In this document: positions 38,888-50,701 of the stretch, one piece after another
Numbering within the stretch: position 1 is the first letter of the stretch
Layout: every line of letters begins with the position of its first letter
Assembly (NCBI RefSeq): GCF_001194135.2
Contig: NC_068999.1
Location: 22,389,666 to 22,441,620, forward strand
Direction: 5' to 3'
Origin: Octopus bimaculoides
Lineage: Eukaryota
DNA: 51,955 nucleotides
Position numbers and translations under genes: made by a program
The notes under the pieces: generated by a model
Seen by the model: only the letters and a program-made list of their open reading frames with translations
Told to the model about the DNA's origin: nothing
The model's database searches: none

Positions 38888-39210
38888 TATGGCTCAGTGG
38901 TTAGAGCGTTGAACTCACAATTATGAGGTAGTGAGTCTGATTCCTGGATTGGGCTGTGTGTTCTTGAGCAAAAAACATTTTATTTTACGTTGCTCCAGTT
39001 CACTCAGCTGTAGAAATGAGTTCCGATGTTACTGGTGCCAAGCTGTTTCGGCCTTTGCCTTTCCCTTGGATAACATCAGTAGCATGGAGAATGGAGGCTG
39101 GTATGTGTGGATGACTGCTGGTCTTCCATAAACAACCTTGCCTGGACTTGTGCCTTGGAGGGTAACTTTCTAGGTGAAATCCCATGACTGAAATAGGGGT
39201 CTTTACCTTT
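38888..39210 (+). mobile_element. SINE family C copy (tRNA-like head)
   Basis: GGCTCAGTGGTTAGAGCG...GATTCC head; GCTCCAGTTCACTCAGCTG core shared with 13540-13805. Confidence 0.75.
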
Positions 39211-39315
39211 ACCGCACTGCAGATGTGTGGCAATTAGATTGGCATAGAAAAAAGAAAAATACATGTATTACAGTAACAGACATTCCATTTGGATACTGGA
39301 GTCTGTGAATATGTT

Positions 39316-39800
39316 ATCTTTTACTTGTTTCAGTCATTAGACAGTGGCTGTGCTGGAGTACCACCTTCAAGGTAAAAATGGTTAGGTTAATTAATACACA
39401 CACACACACATATATACATACATATATATACACAGGGTTGGCCAAAAGTCAAATCAAAATTCCACAAATACTCTCTGTAATTCTGTATTGTCTCGAATAG
39501 AAAAATGTGTCACTCAAGAAGGACTTCAGTTTGAACTATTTTCATATTTCATATTTAGATGCTTTTATTAAATTCATTCTGTTGTTAGACATAAATAAAT
39601 CTTGGAATTAAATGGTTTTGATTTACTGTCAGGTGACTTTTGGCTAACCTTGTATGCATATGACAGGCTTTCAGTTTCTGTTTACCAAATTCACACACAT
39701 GGTTTTGGTTGGCCCAGGGTTATATAGTAGAAAACACTTGCCCAAGGTGTCACACAGTAGGATTGAACCTGGAATCATGTGGTTGGGAAGCCAACTTCTT
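39316..39800 (-). mobile_element. SINE family A copy split by a Tc1-like MITE
   Basis: Tail 39316-39366, head 39655-39800. Confidence 0.75.
39433..39652. mobile_element. 220-bp Tc1/mariner-like MITE nested in a SINE microsatellite
   Basis: TIR CAGGGTTGGCCAAAAGTCA / CAAGGTTAGCCAAAAGTCA (17/19), TA on the right flank. Confidence 0.75.
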
Positions 39801-39974
39801 TACCACAAAGTCATGCCTGTACTTACTATATCAATGAAAGGGAAAAGATGCAAAATTCTAACTTTGATGTTCATCACTTTATTTGCAGTAGAGTCAATCA
39901 CCAGGAAACTATCAGAGGAATTTTTGGACTTGAAAAAAAAAAGTAATTAAATGAAATATATTTTGCCTTTTATC

Positions 39975-40315
39975 TGTTATTTATTGCAGTCATTAGACTG
40001 CATCTTGAAGGGTTTAGTCGAACAAATTGAATCCAATACTTATTTTCCGAGTCTGGTACTTATTCTAGCAGTCTCTTTTTGCTGAGCGACAAAGTAATGA
40101 GAATGTAAACAAACTAACACCGGTTGTCAAGTGGTAGTGGGGGACAAACATGAACATGTGCACATTCTCTCTTTCACACACACACACACACAATGAGCTT
40201 CAACACAGTTTCCATCTATCAATTTCACTCAAAAGGCATTGGTCAACCTGGAGCTGTGCAGTGGGAATGAACTTAAAATCATGTGGTTGTAAAGTGTACT
40301 TCTTAACCACACATC
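39975..40315 (-). mobile_element. SINE family A copy, diverged
   Basis: Reverse complement of family A. Confidence 0.7.
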
Positions 40316-41397
40316 CATCAATGAATTCCATTAGAATTAATATTAAGTTATAGTTTTCACAAAATCCACTAAGAAAATAAGCCTCTGAAAAAGGAACTCT
40401 GTTCAATTAAATAAATAAATTACACTAAAGTGTATCATGTTGAATAACTTAATTACTCCACAAACTGAACTAAGAAACTGATACACTAGACAAAATATTT
40501 AATCTATACTGAGAAATCAGGAATTATTCTGATGGAACATTGTAAATATAGATTACAACACTCAGTTAATCTAGGTTATGAAACTATAGTGCAATGATGA
40601 AACATTGAACAAGAGTGGTATATTATATTAGCAAGATGATGGAATGAATCAGCAATAAAATCTGATAAACATATATGAAAGTCAGTTAAAACATCAAATA
40701 TTTGTATTTTATTAATAACTATTCATAATGCTGTTTCCATAGATTTGGTGTGAAAATCTAGCAGAGAGTAAAGAAATTAATTTCTGATTAAAATTTGACA
40801 GTCTTTTGATAAATTGTGTACAAGAGCTTTACGGTTTCAGTTCACCTAGATGCTGAGAATAGGTGCCAGATCAGTTAGTAATATAAACTGTGACAGTGGC
40901 ATCCTTTCCAGGAGTTTTATCTCTAAAGCACTTCACATCATAGCATTAAAGCTAAGCAATAACACTTAAAAGCTTGTAGATGCTGAAGAGAGTTTTATTT
41001 TTATGTACATACATTACATAAATAAACAAATTAATTTACTGACATTACTGGGAAGGAACACATCAGATTTACATGCTTTTTATTATTCTCAAGGATGTTA
41101 GCAATGGAACTAGTCACAGAGATAAATAAGTTAACTCATTCGTTATAGCTTTATCCAATGTCTGATATTAAAAGAGAAAATAATTGCTTAAGGCTGGAAG
41201 ATTACTATTGCTGACTAAAATCACCATTATTCTCTATTATTGTTCCAAATAAAAGACACTACAATCTAAATATTAAAAGGATTTACAATGAATGGGCACT
41301 GGATAACCAAGCAATATAAAACAGAAAAACATCCATCTGATAGACAAGTACCTAGAGTTTGGACTTTATTCAAAGCAATAAATCAATTAAGACTTAA

Positions 41398-41622
41398 CCC
41401 TTTGAAACTGCGAGTATATTTTAGCAGGCATGACTTCATTAGACTATATGCCTAGAAAATGGAAAAGCAGGCAGCCACATGGTTTTGTGTTTATGGCTGG
41501 AAATAACAATATTTTTGTTCACTAATGAGGTGTAAACACAAACCCACGTGATCGCCAACCTGCGCATCTTCTTTGGGCAAATGAAATCAGGCCTGCTAAA
41601 GCTTAGTTGCAAGTTCAAAGGG
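41398..41622. mobile_element. 225-bp piggyBac-like MITE
   Basis: TTAA|CCCTTTGAA ... TTCAAAGGG|TTAA. Confidence 0.75.
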
Positions 41623-42489
41623 TTAAACAAAGACAAGTTGATGTCACTGTGATAAAAATAGCCACTAAGAACAAGATAAATGCAGCAAGGTTGAGATTAG
41701 TAGAGAAAAACCAGACCAAAGCTGATTAATGTGTAATTGAGAAATAAAATTAGACAAACTTGCTTAAATAGTTAATAGTAAGTAGGCAATTTGGGAAATA
41801 AGTAAGTAGTCTCAACAAACCTATCATTATAGACACACAACTAAAATAAAATTAATTTGTTCTCTTAATTCTATGGTCATTGTGCAACTCTCCTTCCCAA
41901 CCAAATAAGTAAAAATAGGATAAAACCAAATAGAAGTTGGTACTTCAGTTTTATATTTTCTTCAAATTTTGACTTCTTAGTCATGTATATCTGTAACTCG
42001 TTCAGATAATAACAGATACTAGAGAAGTATCTTAGCTGTGTTTAGCCATCTAACTCCCATTTAATAGTATAAAAAGGATATTGTCAGCTAGAATAAAAAA
42101 TAAATAAAATGAATAAAAAAAAAAGATTAAAAAATAACAATAACAAACAAACATGGTACCTTGGGCAAGTGTCTTCTGCTATAGCCTCAGGCTGACTAAA
42201 GCCTTGTGAGTAGATTTGGTAGACGGAAACTGAAAGAAGCTTGTCATATCATCATTATTTAATGTCTATTTTCCATGCTGGCATGGATTGGATGGTTTGA
42301 CAGGAGCTGGCCAGTTGAAGAGCTGCCCAGGCTCATGTTTGTTTTGGCATGGTTTCTACAGCTGGATGCACTTCCTAATGCCAACCACTTTACAGAGTGT
42401 ACTGGGTGCTTTTGCATAGTACTGGCATAGGTGCATTTATGTGGCACCAGTATGGGTGTTTTTTTACATGGCACCAGCAACCATGAGCC

Positions 42490-42960
42490 TGTCTAATTAA
42501 TTGAGCTATGACCCTTTCTGCAACTTTCATCACCTGGTCCAGCAATTTGATGCCTCTGTAATTATTTCTATCTAGGGCGTCACCTTTGCTTTTGTAGCAG
42601 TGACTATAATGCTGCTACACCAGTCATTAGGTATGACTCTCTGATTAACTATACAGGTGATCAGGTCATATCCCACCCCACCAGATATTTTAAGCATCTC
42701 AGCAGTGATTTCCAATGAGCTGGAATCTTCCCCTGTTTTCATATCCTTAATTGCTTTATCTACTAAGCTACTGTTGATTCGAATAGCTGGACCCTTTGTT
42801 GGGTCCACATTAGGCAGGCTCTTCTTCTTCCATGCATTCTCTACATTTAGCAACCTTTCACAGTGGCACTTCCAAGCCTCCTTCTTTGCAGAATCACTAA
42901 CTGCAAGTCAGCCATCATCCATGTGAACACATTTCTCTTCTACTACATCATGATTTCCTC
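42490..42960 (-). mobile_element. RTE-type LINE fragment
   Basis: KAIKDMKTG...ITAEMLKISG...IPNDW..SIIV...ALDRNNYRGIKLLDQVMKVAERV. Confidence 0.85.
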
Positions 42961-43539
42961 GGACACATTGTCTTGCAATCCAAAACACTTCAAGCCTCTG
43001 GTCCTGTTTGTGTCTTTGTGTCTGTATTTGTCCCTCCTCCACTGCTTGACAACCAGTGTTAGTGTTTTTATGCCCCAGTAACTTAGCAGTCTGGTAAAAG
43101 AGAACAATAGAATAAGTACCAGACTTAAAAAATAAAAAAAGTACTGGGGTTGATTCATTCGACTAAAAAATTTGTCAAGGAAGTGCCCCAGCATGACCAC
43201 AGTCTAATGACTGAAACAAGTAAAAGATAAACAAAAAACCTTTTTGTTTGATTCATTTTCATTTCTTTATGTTCAGTTCATGCCTGGAACTGTTTTTGTT
43301 TCTTGTTGTTTAGCTAATGGACAGCTCTGGCCTTTGATCAAAGCATTCTGAACCTGGTAGTGTATATTTTTGCAATGTATAAGAATTATATTATCCAATG
43401 CATTCTCCCTTATTCAAGACGTTAAGGTGTTATTTGAGAGAAATATGGTTTCTAATCAGATAACTTGAAAGTCAGTCAAATTTTCATCGGGAATCATACT
43501 TTTCTCAGATATTTGTCATATTCTTTACTTCTTTCTTTT

Positions 43540-43800
43540 ATCTTTTACTTGAAGTGTTTTTGTTGAACAAATTGACTCTAGTTTTTTTTTTTTTTGAAGT
43601 CTGGTACATATTTTGTAGGTCACTTTTGCTGAACCACTAAGTTACAGGATATAAAAAAAAATGCATTGGTTGTCAAGCAATGGGACACACACACACACAC
43701 ATGCAATGAGCTTTCATAAAGTTTCTGTCTACAAAATTCACTCAGAAGCATTAGTTGGCCTGGGGCTACAGTAGAAGATATTTACACAAAGTGCAATACA
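43540..43800 (-). mobile_element. SINE family A copy, diverged
   Basis: Reverse complement of family A; further fragments at ~2143, 3360, 8915, 9440, 33935, 35205, 37900, 42155, 43000, 48110, 49535. Confidence 0.65.
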
Positions 43801-44117
43801 GAGTGATTCTATAAATAGTATTTTTGAATAAAATTTCCAAGAATTATCATTGATTTCACTGGAGGAGTATTTTTAATGATTCAAGACAAATAAATGTAGG
43901 GTAAAACTAATTTGTTTTCATAGTGTCTGTTAGTATGTATTAGTCTTATTATTGAAAAATTCATTTTCTTAGTATTTTTCCACAAGATTCTTGATGTAAA
44001 ACCATGTGTTGAAATAAATACCATTGTATTAGCAGGAGTTCATACACTCAATAAAAACACATATATTGGTTTGTAGTTCCTTCTTTATTGCTAATTAATT
44101 AGTTAATTAACAATGTA

Positions 44118-44813
44118 TTGGGTCATCCCATGAATAATGCATTTTTTACATACTTCTTTTATTTTTCAAAATTAAGATAAATAAAGTTCTTTTTTAATCT
44201 AAAATATACTCTCTTTCATTTTCTACAATGCTCTTCCATCTATCTGGTAGAGTTGGAAGGCATCTCTTCCAAAATTCACTTTTCCATGACAAAAAAATAC
44301 TTCTCCAGTACTGTTCTGACCTCCTCTACAGAATTCATACTTTTCCATCCAAATGATTTTGAAGACCGCAGAGTAGATGATAATTAGATGGGCCAATGTC
44401 CAGCAAAAGTGGTGGGTGGGGCATTGTTTCCTCTTCAAACTTTGGAATGTCACCCTCGCTGTATGTGGCTGAGCATTATCCTGACGGAAGAACACCTTTT
44501 GTCTTGAAACGCTTACTGTCCGATCCCCATATACTGCATTAATATTCCTCGCACTTTCTGTTGCATTGTTGCCTTTATTGAACTCATAAAGCAAAATATG
44601 CTGAATATATTCCTTTGTCACTTCCATTATAGCTTTGAAAAAAATAACTGTTAAAATCGAACTGCACTCTTCGAAACTTGCACTAAGAATAAGTACAAGG
44701 TAAAATCACTACCTGCTTTAATAGCAAGTTGTTGCAGGTAATTTACCCCACCCCCTCCAATTTATAGTTCATGCAATTGAAAAAAAAAACTAATTATTTA
44801 TGGGATGACCCAA
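44118..44813 (-). mobile_element. Internally deleted mariner element (696 bp), TA TSD
   Basis: TIR TTGGGTCATCCCAT(G/A)AATAAT 20/21, TA on both sides; MEVTKEYIQHILLYEFNKG (HTH) fused to QDNAQPH. Confidence 0.92.
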
Positions 44814-46020
44814 TATTTTGCTTGGCAGAATGACTCTCCCAAAATATGATATTGAATTCAATGATAATAAAGAAATGTAGAGTCATTATTCTAATGATTT
44901 CTTATACTCTATCCATTCATCTTCATTTTCTATACAAAACAAATAAACAGAGTAGCCTTGATGCAGTCTCTCAATCTGCTAGAAATAGCAGCCAATCTCC
45001 CCCAAATCATAACTCAGTCTTAAAAAGAAAAGAGACAGTAGACATACTAGTTCTATACAGATGCAATGGTCATAGTTGGATCATAGGTGTTGCTGACCAG
45101 GGCCTGGATTAGGGCTTGAATCACGGGTGTTACTGACCAAGGGTTAAAAAATAACAGACATAAAAACATATGGGAATTACAAGTCAGTTTAAAATGTGAT
45201 TTATTGTTTTTCTTTTTTGTTATTCTTATTTTTAATATCATTAAAAATTTAATAAGAAATATATTACTGCAAGTCATGCAAATATTTTGTAGTCTCAGTA
45301 GACAAAATGGTGAATGCATTACCCCAAAGAATGGCAGGAGATGCATTCTAATTTGCATTCTCATTATACATAATGACTTCATTATATTATAATTTGTTTG
45401 AAGAGTTAGAGATGAAATCTACCAGAAGAAAGTCATAAAAAAGCACCCTAAAGAAGATCACATAAAATAGACCCATTGATGATTGATTTTCTGAAAATAT
45501 GTCAGATATTGAGTTAACAAGATGCAATTTTCTTTAATTTAAGCAGAAATACAAAAAACAAAAACAAAAAATTAGTAATAGTGTAAACCTGATTTTAAAT
45601 AATCAAACCATGACAAAGTATAACAAAAAAACAAAACGAAACCGTATATGATCCAAAAGGTAATAATCTCTACTTATATAAATAATACACATTTTCTTAA
45701 GCCTTTTCTTGGCTAAGTATAACTCAACATCCTACTGATTGAAATTGGATCAAAAGAGCTGAATATAAACTGCAATTACAGTTGGAGACAGATCAAGATT
45801 TGCTAGAGGGATTGTGGGTGAGAAAGGGAAATAGAGAGAGGGATGAAGAAAAAGAGAGGTAGACATGGACAAGAAGAGTGAGAGAAAGTGATAGATTGAA
45901 CAATTTTGCACCCCTCCAAACCATAGGTGTGGAGGCGTGCAAAATTTCTGTTTGCTTACCATGTTCGTTAAGGTGGGGTGCCAAAATTCTCCTGTCCCTA
46001 CTTCTAATTGAAAACCCTTG

Positions 46021-46027
<7 letters not shown>

Positions 46028-46109
<82 letters not shown>
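46028..46109. repeat. (GA)n microsatellite
   Basis: Direct reading. Confidence 0.99.
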
Positions 46110-46110
<1 letters not shown>

Positions 46111-46559
46111 CAAGATAGTAAGAAAAAAAGCAAAAAAATCAGCTGATATATTTTACTAGTAACTTAGTACAATATATGAATACTGAACTGGCATAAATAA
46201 CTTATATAGAAAGAAATTCTGTCACATAAACAAGGGAAGGACTTCTTGTCACTTGTGCTACATTTCTAGCTAAAACACCATTTAAATTCTTCCTTTAAAA
46301 ACCTAATTTGTTGTTTATATTACAAATTCTAGAATGTATAGTGTAAGACAGGTACTAAAAACAATAAAAAACAAATTTATAGGAATTTATTAAGTGCAAG
46401 GAATAATATTTACAACAATCGTATGTTGTATATCAAAAACAGAAATTATCTGACAACTACATATAAAGGAAAAAATTATTTGACAATTACATACAAAGAA
46501 AAAATTACTGGTAAAAGCTAAATGAAAAAATATGTTCAACAATATTTTTTATTAGAACT

Positions 46560-46770
46560 TCCAAGGCAAGCTTGCAGAATTGATAGCATGCAGGGAAAAA
46601 TGTTTAGCAGCATTTTGTCTGTCTTTACATTCCGAGTTCAAATTCTGTTGAGGTTGACTTTGCCTTTCATTCTTTTGGGGTCGATAAAATAAGTACCAGT
46701 TAGCACTGGGGTTGATGAAATCGACTTTCCCTTGAACTTGCAGGCCTTGTGCCAAAATTTGAAACCATTA
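46560..46770 (+). mobile_element. SINE family B copy
   Basis: Colinear with 855-1072. Confidence 0.8.
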
Positions 46771-46946
46771 TATTGGAATTTTCTCCTACATAATTGTATA
46801 GAGGAGTCACTTTTTCTATGCAATGGCACAGAGAGTGGGTGCTTTTGGGTAATGGCTTGAGATTGTTGTTTCTGTGTAACAGAACAGAGTTGCTGCTTCT
46901 GTGTAACAGCACAAAGAGTTGCTGTTTCTTTGTAATAGCACAGAGC

Positions 46947-47236
46947 CACTGATTTTGTATAATGGCACAGAGACTCACTGATTTTGTATAATGGCACAGA
47001 GGGTCACTGATTTTGTATAATGGCACAGAGAGTCACTGATTTTGTATAATGGCACAGAGACTCACTGATTTTGTATAATGGCACAGAGAGTCACTGATTT
47101 TGTATAATGGCACAGAGAGTCACTGATTTTGTATAATGGCACAGAGACTCACTGATTTTGTATAATGGCACAGAGACTCACTGATTTTGTATAATGGCAC
47201 AGAGAGTCACTGATTTTGTATAATGGCACAGAGAGT
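46947..47236. repeat. 29-bp minisatellite, 10 near-perfect units, with degenerate flanking units from ~46800
   Basis: CACTGATTTTGTATAATGGCACAGAG(A/G)(C/G)T; first unit at 46947, last at 47208. Confidence 0.95.
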
Positions 47237-48349
47237 TGTTACTTCTGTTATAGCCTACCTAACATCAGTGCCAATTCTTCTCAAATTCCTCCCCTACTAT
47301 ATTCAATTTGTTTTTTTGTCACTAGGTCTTGAACTACAGATATTCAAACTAAACATAAATTGCATCATTCTCAACAGGTAGGAGGGATTACAAAGGTCAT
47401 AGATACTGCCCCTCTTTCTCCAAATAATCAATAAAAGAAAAATATCACAGATTCTGCATAATTGTGCAGCTGTAACATGTGCCATTACAGCTTCTGCATG
47501 CTTTTGTCACCAGGTGGATAAATTACTAAACTACAAGAAATTGCACAACGGTATTGCTGACATAAGCAACAGGTGAGTCAGATTAGCAGTAGTAGCAGCA
47601 ACAGCAGCAAAGATGATGACCAGAGATATCGAATTTTCATAAAAAGAAACAATTATAACATGAAAAAAAAAAAAAGAATAGAAAAACAAAAAAAACTGAC
47701 CATATTGAATAGTTTGACGCATCTGAGGAGAATAAAATCCATAATTCTGTACTTTGATTACTACTGAAAGCTATACATCTAAAACAATAACTTTTCTCAC
47801 AAATGCTTTTAACTGTATCTTTTAAACTCTTGTAATGAATACACATTTTGCACAAAGCCATAGTTATGTGCAAAAACTGGCTTTACATTTTGTCCACAAG
47901 AAATATGAGCTGCACAAGTTGGTCAGGCTTTCCAATATGAAACATGTTTAAATGCTGCATTACTGATAAGACAACTTGTGTAATATAACAGTACTGTTTC
48001 ACACATTATGTTCAACTGTTTATGAGCATATGCATATACACATGCTCTAACTAAAAAAACTGATTGATTTAATCTGGGATGCTACTTAAAAGAATGAATA
48101 TCTTTAATTGTTTATCTTTTACTTGTATCAGTCATTTGACTGCAGCCATGCTGGGGCACCACCTTGAAAGATTTTAGTCAAACAGATAGACCCCAGATCT
48201 TATTTTTAAGTCTGGTATTTATTTTATTGGCATCTTTTGCTAAACTGGTAAATTACAAGGATGTGAACAAACCAACAGTTACCAAGTAGTCATGTGTGTG
48301 TGTGTGTGGGGGGGCACACATACACACACACATACAGATAGACAGACAG

Positions 48350-49150
48350 ACAGAGAGGCAGTTTAGGCTAAATATGAAACTTTTTTGACTTATTTTTTCA
48401 GGAACTGCTTGATGTACTGCTAAGCAGTTAATGGTATTGGAGAGCATAAAGATTAAAGCTGTAGTTGAGAAAAAGTTAGCTGACATGGAGGACTGGAAGC
48501 CACCTGAATATTGGAAAAGAGCTGTCTGTATCATGAAGATTTGTGCTAAGTGTCAAAATGCCAACATCAAATCTGCTACATAATGCTCTGTGAACATTGT
48601 AAAGGCTGTAAAACATGACATGGATAGCTGCAATGGAGACTACAAAGTTTTGACTGACAGGAAGGAACAAAGCAGGCATTCTGACTATGTCTGCATGCAA
48701 GAATCTATCCCTAGGCTCAATTCAGACGGCCATGTGAAGCTGTTGGAGAGGACTGCTGCTGGAATGCCATATGTGTGGCAGCAATATTTGGTCCCTTGGC
48801 ATAGCTCTGGGGAAAGTCAGAAGCAATTGTCAGAAAATTTCTACAGCTTTACCAGTACTGATTTCTGGCCTCCTAATTTCCTGATAGTAATTCCATGGAT
48901 TTCTATGTGAGAGGTGTGGTTGAGAAAGACACCAACCACTCTGCCTGCAACATCAAGGCTGAGCTGATGACCAAGATCAAGAAGACGTTCAAAGATCTTC
49001 CCCTGGATACAGTGAGGAACACATGTGTCATGTTCCAGAGCCATCTTGAAGCTCTGGTGGAAGCTGAGAGTGATTAATTTGAGTAAACTGTTATCTTCCA
49101 GCCATAATCTAGGTGATATTTTTTGATTAAAAAAAACCCAAAAAACTTTT
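48350..49150 (+). mobile_element. Tc1/mariner-superfamily transposase relic, internally deleted
   Basis: YVWQQ...DFWPPN...MDFYV.GVVEKDTN...LEALVEAESD C-terminal motifs. Confidence 0.8.
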
Positions 49151-49204
49151 GTTATTTGGATGGGGTATTGTGTTTTCTTTTCCCAAATGGAAATTGTAGT
49201 TGTG

Positions 49205-49505
49205 ATACCCATGCCGGTGACACGTAAAAAGCACCATCTGAACTGGCTTCCGTGCTGGTGGCATGTAAAAAGCATCAACCGATCGTGGCCATTGCCAGCC
49301 TCCTCTGGCTCCTGTACCAGTGGTACGTAAAACGCACCCACTACACTCATGGAGTGGTTGGCGTTAGGAAGGGCATCCAGCTGTAGAAACACTACCTGAT
49401 CAGACTGAAGCCTGGTGCAGCCTCCTGGCTTCCCAGACCCCGGTCGAACCATCCAACCCATGCTAGCATGGAAAACAGACATTAAACGATGATGATGATG
49501 ATGAT
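49205..49505 (+). mobile_element. Family D retroposon with (GAT)n tail
   Basis: Same core as 30262; minus-strand relatives at ~25040-25240, ~42250-42480 and ~22920-23030. Confidence 0.8.
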
Positions 49506-50217
49506 GTCAAATTTAGCCTGAACATCCTGTACATATATGATGGGCTTCCAGTTTCCATCCACCAAATCCATTCATAAGACATTAGTCAACCTGGGGTTGT
49601 AGTAGAAGACACTTGCCCAAGGTGCTATGCAGTGGGACTGAACCCAAAACCATGTGGTTCAATAGTGAGCTTTTTAACAACACAGTCATACTTGGAGTAG
49701 TTCTCTTTATATATATGTTGGAAATACTTTGGTAGCATCTGGCAGCAATTACAGACCAATGAATTGGCTGTGGATGGTCTTGTTAAACTTACAATCAAAA
49801 TATCACGACAATGCCAAGTATTAATATGAAAGAAGATGAAGATGAGGACAATACAGAAAGAAGGAAGAAAAAGAAAGAGGAAGAAGAAAAATGCAGAAAA
49901 GAAACAGGAAGGCAGAAGGAAGAATAAAGAAAGGAGGTAGTAGTAGTAGTTCAGAAGGAAGTTATTCATACATGAACTAATGAACTTTGAAGATATAAAG
50001 TAGACTCATATGAAATATTGTTCAGTTCATACTTTTGTACATGAGGTTTCTGGATGCAATATGCATGTGTGCGTGCGTGCATACACAATACTAACACATG
50101 TGCACATGCACAAACACACACACATGTATGTACATGCACAACAGCTATATAGTTCTTTTGATGCAGAACATTAAGCAAGATTATATACAAAAAGGAAAGG
50201 AAAATGTGTAACTTTAC

Positions 50218-50327
50218 CTCTATAATATTATTTCCAATCATCAAGGACCTAACATAGATGCCAGGTAAGCTTTCCTCAATAGCATTTTTGATGCTACCCA
50301 TTGATAAGGGATTACAACAGCTGTCAC
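50218..50327 (-). CDS. PPT1: Palmitoyl-protein thioesterase 1, coding exon 2 (110 nt); exon 1 is outside the window
   Basis: tttag|GT...GAG|gtaaag; translates (G)[36 protein letters not shown], matching the PPT1 motif [11 protein letters not shown]...PGIYV.SL.IG; same length as human exon 2 as I recall it. Confidence 0.97.
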
Positions 50328-50621
50328 CTAAACAGAAGGGGAAAAATATGACATTTCTCTGTGTACTTGATGATGATGATGGTGATGATGATAATGATGA
50401 TGATCACTGTCACCACAACTGTTTTAACATTTACTTTTTCATGCTTGCAGATAAATTTCTTTGAGGAAGATTTTCCAGAGTCAGATGCTTTTCCTGTTGC
50501 CAACTCTAGCCCATGTTTTCATGGAAAATAGCTAATGAACAATCTTACTTGTATGATGGTGGTATTTGTTTACAATTGGTATATGCAATGTCAAAACAAG
50601 GAGACACATACACATATGTTC

Positions 50622-50683
<62 letters not shown>

Positions 50684-50700
50684 ATATATATAGATATATA
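50622..50700. repeat. (TG)n/(TA)n microsatellite
   Basis: Direct reading. Confidence 0.95.
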
Positions 50701-50701
50701 T

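Noticed and set aside
46947-47236. Regular 29-bp repeats resembling a CRISPR array
   Set aside because: Head-to-tail units with no unique spacers, in a eukaryotic intron; it is a minisatellite.
48841-49482. 213-aa minus-strand ORF
   Set aside because: Antisense read-through of a family D retroposon and a Tc1 relic; no protein signature.
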